NCBI RefSeq assembly: GCF_014353015.1
Contig: NZ_CP060704.1
Location: 1,282,210 to 1,346,209, forward strand
Direction of reading: 5' to 3'
Source of the DNA: Chitinimonas koreensis
Lineage (GTDB): Bacteria; Pseudomonadota; Gammaproteobacteria; Burkholderiales; Chitinimonadaceae
Length of the DNA stretch: 64,000 bases
This document shows positions 9,972 to 23,388 of the stretch, piece after piece (within the stretch, counting starts at the first letter, position 1; every line of letters starts with the position of its first letter). Below the pieces are notes generated by a model, which worked only from the letters and a program-made list of their open reading frames with translations, did not search any database and was not told the origin of the DNA. Position numbers and translations under genes: made by a program.

Positions 9972-10865
9972 ATGCAGATCGATCTGAACCGGCTGACGGT
10001 GTTTGCGGCGGTGGTGGAAGCCGGCGGCTTCACCGCCGCGGCCGAGCGGCTGGGCCTGGCCAAGTCGCAGGTGAGCCAGCAGGTGGCGCGGCTCGAGGCC
10101 GAGCTCGGCGTGGCGCTGTTCACCCGCAGCACCCGCCGGGTGGCGGTGACCGAGGCCGGCGAGACGCTGTACGCCGACAGCATGCCGCTGCTGGGCGGCC
10201 TGCAGGATGCGCTGGCGCGCGTCAGCGGCGGCCGGCTCGAAGGGCGGCTGCGCATCACTGCCGGCCAGGCCTATAGCGATGCGCTGCTCGGCGGCCTGCT
10301 GGCCCAGTTCGCCGCGCTGCATCCGGGGCTCGAGCTCGAGCTGATCGCCAGCGACAGCTCGCTCGACCTGCTGGCCGAGGGCATCGACCTGGCCATCCGC
10401 GGCGGCATGCTGCGCGATTCCAGCCTCAAGGCGGTGCGGCTGGACAGCTTCGCCCAGCTCGCGGTGGCCGCGCCGGCCTTGCTCGAGCGCATCGGCACGC
10501 CGGCCGAACCGGCCGCGCTCGACGGCCAGCCCTGGGTCGCGCTGACGGTGCTGGCCAGCCCGCTGAGCTGGACCTTCAGCCACCGCGACGGCCGCCGCGT
10601 CGCCATCCGCGGCCGCGCCGCCATGCGGGTGAACAGCGCCTCGGTGGCGCGCGAATGCGCCCGCGCCGCGATCGGCTGCGCCGTGCTGCCCGACTTCATG
10701 GCGCGCGACGACCTGGCCGGCGGCCGGCTGGTCCGCTTGCTGCCGGAGTGGGAACTGCCGCTGGCCGGCACCCACGCGGTCTGGCCGGCCGCGCGCTACC
10801 TGCCGACCAAGGTGCGCGTGCTGATCGAATTCCTGCGCCAGCGGCTGGCGCCCGCACCGGAGTAG
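9972..10865 (+). CDS. LysR-family transcriptional regulator
   Basis: N-terminal HTH (LTVFAAVVEAGGFTAAAERLGLAKSQVSQQVARLE) and LysR substrate-binding domain. Divergent from the two redox genes. Confidence 0.85.
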   Translation: MQIDLNRLTVFAAVVEAGGFTAAAERLGLAKSQVSQQVARLEAELGVALFTRSTRRVAVTEAGETLYADSMPLLGGLQDALARVSGGRLEGRLRITAGQAYSDALLGGLLAQFAALHPGLELELIASDSSLDLLAEGIDLAIRGGMLRDSSLKAVRLDSFAQLAVAAPALLERIGTPAEPAALDGQPWVALTVLASPLSWTFSHRDGRRVAIRGRAAMRVNSASVARECARAAIGCAVLPDFMARDDLAGGRLVRLLPEWELPLAGTHAVWPAARYLPTKVRVLIEFLRQRLAPAPE

Positions 10866-10936
10866 GCATTGGCCGACGCAATCCAGAGGGCTGCTGTTGC
10901 GAAGAGCGGCACATGGTCGAAAAGGTCACGAACGAG

Positions 10937-11345
10937 CGCAGCGAGGCTCCCTCGCGGCGGCGAGGGCGGGGGAGTCGGGGTGAAACAGGGGAGCGCCGTT
11001 GGTTGAGGACTCTTTGACTGCAAGCGCCCGGCTTTGCCGGGTGCCTGAGCGGCTGATTGACTTCAAGCAACCCGTTCTACGAAGTAAGCGACTGCTCCCT
11101 CGCGGCGGCGAGAGCGGGGGAGTCGGAGTGAAACAGGGGAGCGCCGTCGGTTGAGGACTCTTTGACTGCAAGCGCCCGGCTTTGCCGGGTGCCTGAGCGG
11201 CTGATTGACTTCAAGCAGCCCGTTCTACGAAGTAAGCGACCGCTCCCTCGCGGCGGCGAGGGCGGGGGAGTCGGGGTGAATCAGGGAAGCGCCTGTCGCC
11301 GAGTTTCGCCAATCGCAAACGCCCGACTTTGCCGGGCGCTGCGTC
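10937..11345. repeat. Tandem array, about 2.7 copies of a 149 bp unit (family B)
   Basis: Unit starts with GCTCCCTCGCGGCGGCGAG at 10945, 11094 and 11242. Each unit contains a GCGCCCGGCTTTGCCGGGTGCCTG hairpin. Solo copy at 53325-53462. Confidence 0.85.
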
Positions 11346-11510
11346 TACTGCTCAGTCAACGCCACGGCCAGTCCAAAGCCCTAGGCTCTTAGGGGAATCT
11401 TAGGGATTGTTTAGCCTCGATTTAGCAAACGCTTAACCGAGTCGGCCGTAGTCTTCACTCCGTGCTCCAGGCCCGATCCGCGGCGGAGCAAATCCGCAGG
11501 AGTGCAGACC

Positions 11511-12239
11511 ATGGCCAGTCCCCGTCGTTTCGATCTCTACGCCTACATCCACAAGGCTTTGCGCGCCCAGATGAGCCACGTGCTGGTCGAGATCGGCCGC
11601 ACCGACTGGGACGACGGCGCCGAGCGCGACGCCGGCCTCGCCGCGGTGCGCGACCTGCTTGGCCTGTGCCACGGCCACCTCGAGCAGGAGAACACCTACA
11701 TCCATCCGGTGCTCGAGCTGATCCGGCCGCGTTCCAGCCTGCTGGCCGACAGCGACCACAAGATGCAGGCGGCCGAGATCGAAGCGCTGTTCGACCTGTG
11801 CAACGCCATCGACGGCGGCCGCCCGAGCAGCCGCGCCGAAGCCGGCGAGAAGCTCTATCGCGCGCTGTCGGTCTTCATCGCCGACAACTTCGAGCACATG
11901 GCCTACGAGGAGCGCGAGCACAACCGCCTGCTGTGGGCGGCCTACGGCGACGACGAGATCCGCGCGATCCACCATGTCATGGTCGCCAGCATCCCGCTCG
12001 AACAGTCGATGCGCACGCTGCGCTGGATGGTGCCCAACCTGACGCCGCAGGAGCGTACCGAGCTGCTGCTCGGCCTGCGCCGCACCGCGCCGCTGGACAT
12101 GTTCAACGCCGTGATGGGCATGCTGCGCGGCCTGCTCAAGGCCGGCGACTGGAGCAAGCTGACGCTGGCGCTGAGCGGCCTCGGCCCGGCGCCTGCGGCC
12201 AACGATCCCGGCCCCGACACCCGCGCGGTGCACGCCTGA
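11511..12239 (+). CDS. Hemerythrin-like (HHE) metal-binding domain protein
   Basis: HxxxE...HxxxE motifs (HGHLEQENTYIHPVLE; FEHMAYEEREH). AGGAG RBS 9 nt upstream of ATG 11511. Confidence 0.45.
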   Translation: MASPRRFDLYAYIHKALRAQMSHVLVEIGRTDWDDGAERDAGLAAVRDLLGLCHGHLEQENTYIHPVLELIRPRSSLLADSDHKMQAAEIEALFDLCNAIDGGRPSSRAEAGEKLYRALSVFIADNFEHMAYEEREHNRLLWAAYGDDEIRAIHHVMVASIPLEQSMRTLRWMVPNLTPQERTELLLGLRRTAPLDMFNAVMGMLRGLLKAGDWSKLTLALSGLGPAPAANDPGPDTRAVHA

Positions 12240-12344
12240 GGCGTCGTGCCGCCGCCCTACCGATTTTCTCCTCGCTTCTTATCTCAGTTCTCCGGGCCTC
12301 GCGCCCGGACTTTTTTTGCCTGTCGGAAACGACCGGGCGGCAGG

Positions 12345-12500
12345 GCAGCTCGGCACGCCCAGGAGCGGAAAGCACGCAGGAGCGGCTTCGGCGGCGAATC
12401 GGCCGGTTCGACTGCCCGGCCATTCGCGGCTGAAGCCGCTCCTGCGGATCGCCTGGCGGATCGGCGCCGGGAGGGCGCCCAGGCCGGGCTTTGCACCCGG
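12345..12500. repeat. REP-like element, family C
   Basis: GCAGGAGCGGCTTCGGCGGCGAATCG...ATTCGCGGCTGAAGCCGCTCCTGCGG. Confidence 0.7.
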
Positions 12501-12534
12501 CCGCACCGCCCTCGAGGTCGCGGGGACGCCCGGC

Positions 12535-13931
12535 CTAACCGGCCAGCGTGGCCGTCAGCCGTGCCAGCACCGTCTCGCGGCCTAGCAGCGCCAGCACCTT
12601 GTCGATCGACGGCGTCTGGGTGGTGCCGCAGACCGCCGCGCGCAAGGGCATGCCCACCAGCGGCATCTTCACGCCTTCGGCGGCGACGAAGGCCTTGATG
12701 GCGGCGGACAGCGCCTCGGGGTTCCACTCGGCGGCGGCCAGCACGTCCTTGAAGCGGCCGAGCCGCGCGCGCGATTCCTCGCCCAGGTGCTGGGCGGCCA
12801 GCTCGGCCGGCGCGGCGTCGTGGCGGTAGAAGTAGGTGGCCTGCGCCGCCAGGTCGACCAGGTTGGTCACGCGCTCCTTGAGCAGCGCGATCACCTCGGC
12901 CAGCGCCGGGCCCTGGCCGGCATCGCAGCCGAGGCGGGCCAGGAAGGGCAGGGTCAGCGCCGCCAGCCGCGCATCGTCGGCCGCCTTCATGTGCTGCTGG
13001 TTGATCCACAGCATCTTGTCGCGGTCGAAGCGCGACGGGCTCGGGCTGACCTGCTCGAGGTCGAACCAGTCGACGAACTGGCCGAGCGTGAAGAACTCGT
13101 CGTCGCCGTGGCCCCAGCCCAGCCGCGCCAGGTAGTTGAGCAGCGCCTCGGGCAGGATGCCCTGCTCGCTGTAGTCGACCACGCTGACGGCATCGCGCCG
13201 CTTGCTCATCTTCTGGCCGTCGGCGTTGAGGATCATCGGCAGGTGGCCGTAGACCGGCAGCGGCGCGCCGAGCGCGGCCAGGATGTTGATCTGGCGCGGC
13301 GTGTTGTTGACGTGGTCGTCGCCGCGGATCACGTGGGTGATCGCCATGTCCCAGTCGTCCACCACCACGCAGAAGTTGTAGGTCGGCGTGCCGTCGGGAC
13401 GGGCGATGATCAGGTCGTCGAGTTCTTCGTTGGCGATCTCGATGCGGCCCTTGACCGCGTCGTCCCAGGCCACCGCGCCATCGAGCGGGTTGCGGAAGCG
13501 CACCACCGGATCGACGCCGGCCGGCGGTTGCGGCAGCGTCTTGCCGCGCTCGGGCCGCCAGCGCCGGTCGTAGCGCGGCTTCTCGCCGCGCGCTTCGGCC
13601 TCGGCGCGCATCGCGTCGAGCTCTTCCCGGCTGCAATAGCAGTGGTAGGCGGTGCCGTCGGCCAGCATGCGCTGGATCACCTCCTTGTACCGGTCCATCC
13701 GCTGCATCTGGTAGAACGGGCCCTCGTCGTAGTCGAGACCGACCCAGTGCATGCCGTCGAGGATGGCCTGCACCGATTCGGGCGTCGAACGCTCGAGGTC
13801 GGTGTCCTCGATGCGCAGCACGAACACGCCTTGGCGCTTGCGGGCATAGGCCCAGGAGAACAGCGCGGTGCGCACGCCGCCGATGTGCAGGAGGCCGGTG
13901 GGGGAGGGGCGAAACGGGTACGGACGGTCAT
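12535..13931 (-). CDS. gltX: Glutamyl-tRNA synthetase, with a 1-nt homopolymer frameshift near 13895
   Basis: N-term MTVRTRFAP(S)PTG..HIGG lies in one frame. The rest ([15 protein letters not shown]...KMSKR...) lies in the 12535..13875 frame. The shift is in a CCTCCCCCA run. Confidence 0.85.
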
Positions 13932-14017
13932 GATGGGCCGGGTCGGGAATGGGCGGAAACGCGCATTTTACCCGGCCGCAGCCCGGCGGGCGATCCGGCC
14001 GGACCGCCCTGGACGGC

Positions 14018-14755
14018 TCAGAGGCTGAAGCGCAGCCGCCGTTCGGCGGCCGGGTCGCCCTGGCCGACCTGGTTCAGGAACGGCGCCAGCGCGGCCTCGG
14101 CGCCGGCCGCGGCGCGCAGGCCGACTTCCATGCTCAGGCCCTGGCCGGCGCGCAATTCGCCGCCGCCGTTGAGCTGCAGCTGGCCGCCCAGCGTGGCGAG
14201 CTGGACGCGCCAGGCGTCGCCGGCCGGCACCAGGGTGAGCCGGTAGTCGCCGAGCGGGCTGACCGAGGGCGCCAGCGACGAGGCGGCGCCGCGCCAGTCG
14301 AGGTTGAGCTGGCCCTCGCCCTTGCCGCCGCGCCAGTTGAATTCGGCGGTCGACAGCCGCAGCTGGCCCGACAGCCCGTAGTTGCGGGTCCGCTCGTCGA
14401 GCAGGAACAGCGGCGTGGCGGCGAGGCCGAGGTCGGCCTCGGTCAGGCGGATACCGCCGATGCCGACGCCGAGCAGCGCCCGGCCGTCATCCAGCGTCAG
14501 CGCGTAGCCGAGCTGGCCCTTCAGCAGAGCCTTGGGCTGCCAGCTCCAGCTCAGCCGTTCGGCCAGTGCCGCGCCGTCGAGCACCGGCTGGGCCGAACCG
14601 TTCCACAAGGTGCCCTCGGCCGCGGCGAAGGTCAGCTTGCCGCCGCTCTGCGACGACACGATGGCGCCGACGACGCCGGCCGGCAGCCGCACCAGCAGGA
14701 AGGCCACGGTCAACAGGCCCAGCGCCAGCCAATATCCCCAGTGCAGCCGCTTCAT
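14018..14755 (-). CDS. gspN: Type II secretion system protein N
   Basis: [15 protein letters not shown].. TM helix and GspN-like C-terminal region. ATGA overlap with the gspM stop. Confidence 0.7.
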   Translation of the reverse strand: MKRLHWGYWLALGLLTVAFLLVRLPAGVVGAIVSSQSGGKLTFAAAEGTLWNGSAQPVLDGAALAERLSWSWQPKALLKGQLGYALTLDDGRALLGVGIGGIRLTEADLGLAATPLFLLDERTRNYGLSGQLRLSTAEFNWRGGKGEGQLNLDWRGAASSLAPSVSPLGDYRLTLVPAGDAWRVQLATLGGQLQLNGGGELRAGQGLSMEVGLRAAAGAEAALAPFLNQVGQGDPAAERRLRFSL

Positions 14756-15216
14756 CGCGTCCACTCCGCGTCGACGTCGACCGTCGCGCCGCCGTCGGCG
14801 TGCGGGTCGACAGCTTTTCCAGTTTCCAGCCCTGCGTCTCGGCCTCGCCCAGGAGCCGCGTCACCGCCTGCCAGTTGACGCCCTGGGCGTGCAGGCTGCT
14901 GCGCTTGTCGTTCTTCTCGATGCGCGCCAGTTCGGCCGGCAGGCCGGCGGCCTGGGCCAGCCCGGCCAGGTCGGGCGCATTGGCCGCCGCGGTGCTGCGG
15001 CCCTTGAACTGGGCCAGGTCGCGGGCGAAGCGGGCCACGTCGGCGCGCAGCGTCGGCAGCGATTGCTCGAGCCGCTTGCGCTCGCGCAGCACCGGGTCGA
15101 TCGCCAGCGCGTAGATCAGCGACAGCGCCAGCACCGCGCCGGCCGCGGCGAGCAGGCTGCGCTCGCGCGCGTCGCGCTGCTTCCAGAATTCGGCAAGGGG
15201 GCGAGGGCGGGGATCA
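14756..15216 (-). CDS. gspM: Type II secretion system protein M, with two apparent frameshifts (~14800, ~15170)
   Basis: MIPALAPL..EFWKQRDARERSLLAAAGAVLALSLIYAL...LPTLRADVARFARDL...GVNWQAVTRLLGEAETQGWKLEKLS; C-terminus and stop recovered in an alternate frame. Confidence 0.6.
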
Positions 15217-16374
15217 TGGCTTGAGGGTCAGGTTGATGCGCATCTGGTCGGGCGCGGTCTGGCTGGTCTCGACCTGGCCGAGCGCGGCCAGCGACTTGCT
15301 GAAGCCGAGCAGCTCGGCCGGCTGGCCGCGGTATTCGGCGCTGACGCGGCCGGCCGCGTATTCGAACGACAGCAGCTTGATCTGGCCGCCGACCGCCAGG
15401 TGGGTGGCGGCCTTCAGCACCGGCGCCAGCGTGCCGGCATCGACCGCGCCGGTACTGGCGGCATTGCGCAGCTTGCCTTGCAGCTGCAGTTGCGGTTCGA
15501 CCACCGGTTCGCCCGGGAAGGCGGCGGCGTAGGCGGCGTTGATCGACTGCTTGAGCCGCGCCTCTTCGCCGCGCCAGCTCAGCCACTGGCCGAACCAGCC
15601 GACGGCTGCCAGCGCCAGCGCGGCGGCGGCCAGCGCCAGGCTCGGCTTGATCCGGTCCCAGTCGAAATCGAATTGCGGGCCGGCGGCGAACTCGCCCTGC
15701 ATCAGGTCGATCGCATCGGCGGCGACCGGCGCGGCGAGCGGGTCGCCCACCGCCACTTCGACCGGGCAGCCGAGCACCGCCTGCCAGCGCTCGAGCGCCA
15801 CCGCGTCGGCGTCCACGCCGGCCAGCAGCAGCGATTCGCATTCGCCCAGCGCGGCGACCAGCAGCGCCGGCGGTTCGGCCGGCGAGGCGGCGTCGAACCA
15901 TTGCGCCGCCGCCTCGCTGCGGCGCGCCCAGCCGTGGCCGCACCACAGCAGCGTGCGGCCGTCGGCGGCGACCAGCGCGTCGGCGGTCCAGGCCGCGCGC
16001 GGCCGGCGGCCGGCTTGGCTCAGCCGCTGGATGGTCTCGGCGAACGCGGCGCGGTCGACCGCGGCGACGCGGCATTGCTCGCCGACCATGCGATGGGCGA
16101 GGTGCTGCTCGCCCGGTTCGGCCAGCAGGACCTGGTCGAGCGCAAACGGGATCAGCTTGCGCGCCTGCTTGCGCGCGCCCGGCGGCAGCGGCGCGACCGC
16201 GCGCAGCACGCGGGCCGGCGGCAGGAACAGCTCGACCCGCGCGGCGGCCGGCAGCTGGGCCAGCGGCGAGCGGCCCCGGCTGACGCGCAGTCCGTCGAGC
16301 AGGCGCCATTCGACGGCCTGGTCGCCGGCGAGCGGGAGATCGGATTCGGCGGGGAAGATGCGCAGCGTGCTCAC
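15214..16374 (-). CDS. gspL: Type II secretion system protein L (GTG start assumed)
   Basis: Cytoplasmic N-domain, TM segment (LALAAAALALAAVGWF) and periplasmic domain. Stop overlaps the gspM ATG. Confidence 0.65.
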   Translation of the reverse strand: MSTLRIFPAESDLPLAGDQAVEWRLLDGLRVSRGRSPLAQLPAAARVELFLPPARVLRAVAPLPPGARKQARKLIPFALDQVLLAEPGEQHLAHRMVGEQCRVAAVDRAAFAETIQRLSQAGRRPRAAWTADALVAADGRTLLWCGHGWARRSEAAAQWFDAASPAEPPALLVAALGECESLLLAGVDADAVALERWQAVLGCPVEVAVGDPLAAPVAADAIDLMQGEFAAGPQFDFDWDRIKPSLALAAAALALAAVGWFGQWLSWRGEEARLKQSINAAYAAAFPGEPVVEPQLQLQGKLRNAASTGAVDAGTLAPVLKAATHLAVGGQIKLLSFEYAAGRVSAEYRGQPAELLGFSKSLAALGQVETSQTAPDQMRINLTLKP

Positions 16375-16605
16375 GATGGACGGCGGCCGGAAGGAGGGTG
16401 GGTCGAAAAATGCGCGCCAGTATGACACAGCGCTAGGCCGCCGCTGCAAGCGGCCGCCACGACCCTGATCGCGGCGTTGCTAAGGTGCTGGCCGGGTTTG
16501 TTTTTTGCGGTGGGCCTCGCCTATAATCGGCGATTCTTCACGCGCCGGGTCCGGGTTTTGAGCTTATCTATATAAGTTCGGCCGATCGGGGCCGCGGCAG
16601 GCGTG

Positions 16606-16690
16606 GGCGAGAGTGGCGAAATTGGTAGACGCACTGGATTTAGGTTCCAGCGCCGCAAGGTGTGGGGGTTCGAGTCCCCCTCTCGCACCA
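16606..16690 (+). tRNA. tRNA-Leu (anticodon TAG)
   Basis: D-arm AATTGGTAGAC, anticodon loop TTTAGGT, long variable arm, T-arm GGGGGTTCGAGTCCCCC, terminal CCA. Confidence 0.8.
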
Positions 16691-16759
16691 GGGTTTCGCT
16701 GTCGCCGGCAACGGCCGGCGCCAAACAAGAGATAACGCAGCAATACAGGATCGATCGAC

Positions 16760-18062
16760 ATGCAAGCACAACTGGAAACGCTGGGCCAACTGGAGCGCCG
16801 CCTCGACTTCGCGATCCCGGCCGCCGACATCGAAAGCGCCGTGGATGCCCGCCTCAAGCGCGTGGCCCGTACCGCGCGCATCCAGGGCTTCCGCCCGGGC
16901 AAGGCACCGATGAAGATCGTGGCCGCCAACTACGGCCTGCAGGTCCGTGAAGAAGTGCTCGGCGAGCAGGTGCAGAACGCCTTCGCCAGCGCCGTCGAAG
17001 CGCAGAAGCTGCGCGTGGCCGGCTACCCGCGCTTCGAAGGCAAGCCCGCCAGCGAAGAAGCGTTCCAGTTCAGCGCCACCTTCGAGGTCTATCCCGAAGT
17101 GGTGGTCGGCGACCTGGCCGCCAAGGAAGTCGAGCGCCCGGTGCTCGAAGTGAGCGAAGCCGAAGTCGACAAGACCATCGACATCCTGCGCAAGCAGCGC
17201 ACCAAGTTCGAGCGCGTCGAGCGCGCCGCCGAGAAGGGCGACCGCGTGATCGTCGACTTCAAGGGCACCATCGACGGCGTCGCCTTCGCCGGCGGCTCCA
17301 GCGAAAACTACGCCTTCCAGGCCGGCGAAGGCCAGATGCTGCCCGAGTTCGACGCCGCCGTGATCGGCATGAAGGAAGGCGACAGCAAGACCTTCGACTT
17401 GGCCTTCCCGGCCGATTACCACGGCAAGGACGTGGCCGGCAAGACCGCCCAGTTCGAAGTGACGGTCAAGAACGTGGCCGCCGCCCAGTTGCCCGAAGTC
17501 GACGGCGAATTCGCCAAGCTGCTCGGCATCGAGGACGGCGACATCGCCAAGCTGCGCGCCGAGATCCGCAAGAACGTCGAGCGCGAAGTGAAGCGCCGCC
17601 TGAGCGCCCGTGCCAAGGAAGGCGTGATGCAGGCGCTGCTGGACGTGACGCCGGTCGAGCTGCCGCGCGCGCTGGTGCAGGTCGAGATCGGCCGCCTGAT
17701 CGAGAACGCCCGCAACGAGATGAAGCAGCGCGGCTTCGATCCGCAGAACATGCCCTTCCCGCCGGAACTGTTCGAAGAGCAGGCCAAGCGCCGCGTCGCG
17801 CTCGGCCTGATCCTGGCCGAAGTGGTGCGCGCCAACGGCCTGCAAGCCAAGCCCGAGCAGATCAAGGCCATCGTCGGCGAATTCGCCGAGAGCTACGAGC
17901 ACCCGGAAGAAGTGGTGCAGTGGTACTACGCCAGCCCGAGCGCCTCGAAGGCCCGAGTCGCTGGCGCTCGAGGACAACGTGGTCGAATTCGTCCACGCCA
18001 AGGCCAAGACCGTCGACAAGCAGCTGTCGTTCGACGAGCTGATGGGCCAGCAGCAAGCCTAA
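16760..18062 (+). CDS. tig: Trigger factor, with two homopolymer indels near 17945-17975
   Basis: Full-length trigger factor with RIQGFRPGKAPMK motif. C-terminus ..SFDELMGQQQA recovered in a second frame. Confidence 0.9.
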
Positions 18063-18084
18063 ATTGCGTCGGTACCATTGAAAA

Positions 18085-18137
18085 GCGGGCTCGCCCGCTC
18101 CATCTTGACTGGAGCAGCCGAGCCCGTTTTTTTCGGC
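18085..18137 (+). terminator. Rho-independent terminator / attenuator between tig and clpP
   Basis: Nested GC hairpins (GCGGGCTCGCCCGC; GGAGCAGCCGAGCCCG) followed by TTTTTTT. Confidence 0.5.
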
Positions 18138-18170
18138 CACTCCATTCAACTCGAGATACGACAGGACACC

Positions 18171-18818
18171 ATGAGCAACTGGAACCCCGCCGACTGGACC
18201 CGCCGCCAACCCGATCCGCAGGCGCTCGGCCTCGTGCCGATGGTGGTCGAACAGAGCGGTCGTGGCGAACGCGCCTACGACATCTACTCGCGCCTGCTCA
18301 AGGAACGCGTGATCTTCATGGTCGGCCCGGTGGACGACAACACCGCCAACCTGGTGGTCGCGCAGCTCTTGTTCCTCGAGTCCGAGAACCCGGACAAGGA
18401 CATCTCGCTGTACATCAACAGCCCGGGCGGCTCGATCTCGGCCGGCATGTCGATCTACGACACCATGCAGTTCATCAAGCCGCAGGTCTCGACGCTGTGC
18501 GTGGGCATGGCCGCCAGCATGGGCGCCTTCCTGCTGCAGGCCGGCGCCAAGGGCAAGCGCTTCGCGCTGCCCAATTCGACGGTGATGATCCACCAGCCGC
18601 TCGGCGGCTATCAGGGCCAGGCCACCGACATCGAGATCCACGCCAAGTACATCCTGAGCCTGCGCGAGCGGCTCAACCGCCTGATGGCCGAGCACACCGG
18701 CCGCAGCGTCGAGGAAGTGACGCGCGACAGCGAACGCGACAACTTCATGACCGCGCAGCAGGCCAAGGATTACGGCCTGATCGACGAAGTGCTGACGGCA
18801 CGGCAGTCGGTCGAATAA
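18171..18818 (+). CDS. clpP: ATP-dependent Clp protease proteolytic subunit
   Basis: [29 protein letters not shown]..; catalytic Ser/His/Asp context conserved. Confidence 0.95.
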   Translation: MSNWNPADWTRRQPDPQALGLVPMVVEQSGRGERAYDIYSRLLKERVIFMVGPVDDNTANLVVAQLLFLESENPDKDISLYINSPGGSISAGMSIYDTMQFIKPQVSTLCVGMAASMGAFLLQAGAKGKRFALPNSTVMIHQPLGGYQGQATDIEIHAKYILSLRERLNRLMAEHTGRSVEEVTRDSERDNFMTAQQAKDYGLIDEVLTARQSVE

Positions 18819-18832
18819 AATAGCCAGCATCG

Positions 18833-18866
18833 CCGGGCCGGTTCCGACCGGCCCGTTTCATTTTTC
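18833..18866 (+). terminator. Rho-independent terminator after clpP
   Basis: CGGGCCGGTTCCGACCGGCCCG hairpin followed by TTTCATTTTT. Confidence 0.5.
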
Positions 18867-18914
18867 AGCCCATTCCCGCCCGGCCGTCAGGCCGAGTCAG
18901 ATGGCGAGGTTGCC

Positions 18915-20182
18915 ATGTCCGACAAGGAAAAACTGCTCTACTGCTCGTTCTGCGGCAAGAGCCAGCACGAAGTGCGCAAACTGATCGCCGGTCCGCAGGT
19001 CTTCATCTGCGACGAGTGCATCGAGCTGTGCAACGACATCATCCGCGAGGAGCTGCAATCGGGCGGCACCGGCAACGCCCCGGCCAAGACGCCCGGCGGC
19101 GGCAAGCTGCCGACCCCGGCCGAGATCCGCGACACGCTCGACCAGTACGTGATCGGCCAGGAAAAGGCCAAGAAGTCGCTCGCGGTGGCGGTCTACAACC
19201 ACTACAAGCGGCTGGCCCATCCGGCCGCCAAGGCCGGCGACGTCGAGCTGTCCAAGTCCAACATCCTGCTGGTCGGCCCGACCGGTTCGGGCAAGACGCT
19301 GCTGGCGCAGACGCTGGCGCGGCTCCTGGACGTGCCCTTCGTGATGGCCGACGCCACCACGCTGACCGAGGCCGGCTACGTCGGCGAGGATGTCGAGAAC
19401 ATCATCGCCAAGCTCCTGCAGAAGTGCGACTGGGACATCGAGAAGGCGCAGCGCGGCATCGTCTACATCGACGAGATCGACAAGATCTCGCGCAAGTCGG
19501 ACAACCCCTCGATCACCCGCGACGTCTCGGGCGAAGGCGTGCAGCAGGCGCTGCTCAAGCTGATCGAGGGCACCGTCGCCTCGATCCCGCCGTCGGGCGG
19601 CCGCAAGCACCCGAACCAGGAGTTCCTGCAGGTCGACACCACCAACATCCTGTTCATCTGCGGCGGCGCCTTCGACGGCCTGGCGGCGGTGATCCGCCAG
19701 CGCGCGCAGAAGGGCGGCATCGGTTTCGGCGCCTCGGTGCATTCCAAGGACGACAGCAAGGACATCGGCAAGGTGCTGCGCGAGGCCGAGCCGGAGGATC
19801 TGATCAAGTTCGGCCTGATCCCCGAATTCGTCGGCCGGCTGCCGGTGGTGGCGACGCTCGATCAGCTCGACGAGGCGGCCCTGGTCACCATCCTGACCGA
19901 GCCGAAGAACTCGCTGGTCAAGCAGTACCAGAAGCTGTTCGAACTCGAAGGCGCCGAACTCGAAGTCCGGCCGAGGCGCTCGGCGCCATCGCCCGCAAGG
20001 CGCTGGCGCGCAAGACCGGCGCCCGCGGCCTGCGTTCGATCCTCGAGGGCGCGCTGCTCGAGACCATGTACGAGCTGCCGTCGCAGCACGACGTGAAGAA
20101 GGTCGTGATCGACGAGAACGTGATCGAGCAGGGCGGCCAGCCCCTGCTGGTGCACGAGGACAGCAAGCAGGCCGCGGCCTGA
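18915..20182 (+). CDS. clpX: ATP-dependent Clp protease ATP-binding subunit ClpX, with a frameshift near 19975 in a CCC run
   Basis: Zn-finger [26 protein letters not shown] and Walker [10 protein letters not shown]-terminus continues in the 19016..20182 frame. Confidence 0.9.
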
Positions 20183-20365
20183 TCCGCGTCTCTGCAGCAC
20201 GTCGTCAGGAAGCCGCCCTCCGGGCGGTTTCTTTTTTTGGCCGGTTGCGGAGCGCCCCGCATATCGTTCAATATGGTCCGGCGCTCCGAATCGGTCCCCG
20301 GCCGATTGAAATTCGCGTCCGGCGCCCCATCTTCCAGCTACTGACTCCTCGCACTGGATGCCTCC

Positions 20366-22789
<2,424 letters not shown>

Positions 22790-22848
22790 ACCGTGCCGAA
22801 AATGCCGTGTCGAATCCCCGCAAAGCGAGATTTGACGCGGCTTTGCGC

Positions 22849-22879
22849 TTGACACCCGAAAAATGCGCTTGCTATAAAG
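22849..22879 (+). promoter_or_regulatory. Putative sigma-70 promoter for hupB (TTGACA..19 nt..TATAAA)
   Basis: Consensus -35 TTGACA at 22849-22854 and -10 TATAAA at 22874-22879. The spacer is long at 19 nt. Confidence 0.4.
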
Positions 22880-22930
22880 CTCGTGCGATTGACCTCGTTT
22901 GACCCATCTACCAATCGAAAGGGGACATAA

Positions 22931-23203
22931 GTGAACAAGTCGGAACTGATTGACGCCATCGCCGCCGAAGCCGAGATTTCCAAGGCGGCTGCCGGCAAGG
23001 CGCTGGATGCCACCATCGCCGCAGTGACTCAGGCCCTCAAGGGCGGTGATCTGGTCACGCTGGTGGGCTTCGGCACCTTCTACGTCGGTGAGCGCAGCGC
23101 GCGCAGTGGCCGCAATCCACGCACCGGCGCCACCATCAAGATCAAGGCAGCAAAGCAGCCGAAATTCCGCGCTGGCAAGTCGCTCAAGGATGCCGTACAA
23201 TAG
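22931..23203 (+). CDS. hupB: DNA-binding protein HU-beta
   Basis: [16 protein letters not shown]...RNPRTG..; 90 aa. Confidence 0.95.
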   Translation: MNKSELIDAIAAEAEISKAAAGKALDATIAAVTQALKGGDLVTLVGFGTFYVGERSARSGRNPRTGATIKIKAAKQPKFRAGKSLKDAVQ

Positions 23204-23260
23204 CTGGCTTCCCTGTTCCCGAAGCTAAGCGCCCCGGGACGGGCCCGCAGCAGCGGGTAG

Positions 23261-23336
23261 GGGTGGTTAGCTCAGTTGGTAGAGCGTCTGCCTTACAAGC
23301 AGAATGTCGGCGGTTCGATCCCGTCACCACCCACCA
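23261..23336 (+). tRNA. tRNA-Val (anticodon TAC)
   Basis: GGGTGGTTAGCTCAGTTGGTAGAGC..CCTTACAAGC..GGTTCGATCCCGTCACCACCCACCA. Confidence 0.9.
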
Positions 23337-23388
23337 GTAGGATCGACGATCGAGCTGATTTGCAGCCTCACTCGGTTGCACGGAATTC

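Noticed and set aside
10796-11171. Two ORFs encoding a repeated peptide MQSKSPQPTALPCFTPTPP
   Set aside because: They are generated by the 149 bp tandem repeat. The repetition of an identical N-terminal peptide is a repeat artefact, not a gene family.
10937-11345. Possible CRISPR array
   Set aside because: The spacing is 149 bp with no unique spacers. The whole unit is repeated, so this is a tandem repeat rather than a repeat-spacer array. No cas genes are present.
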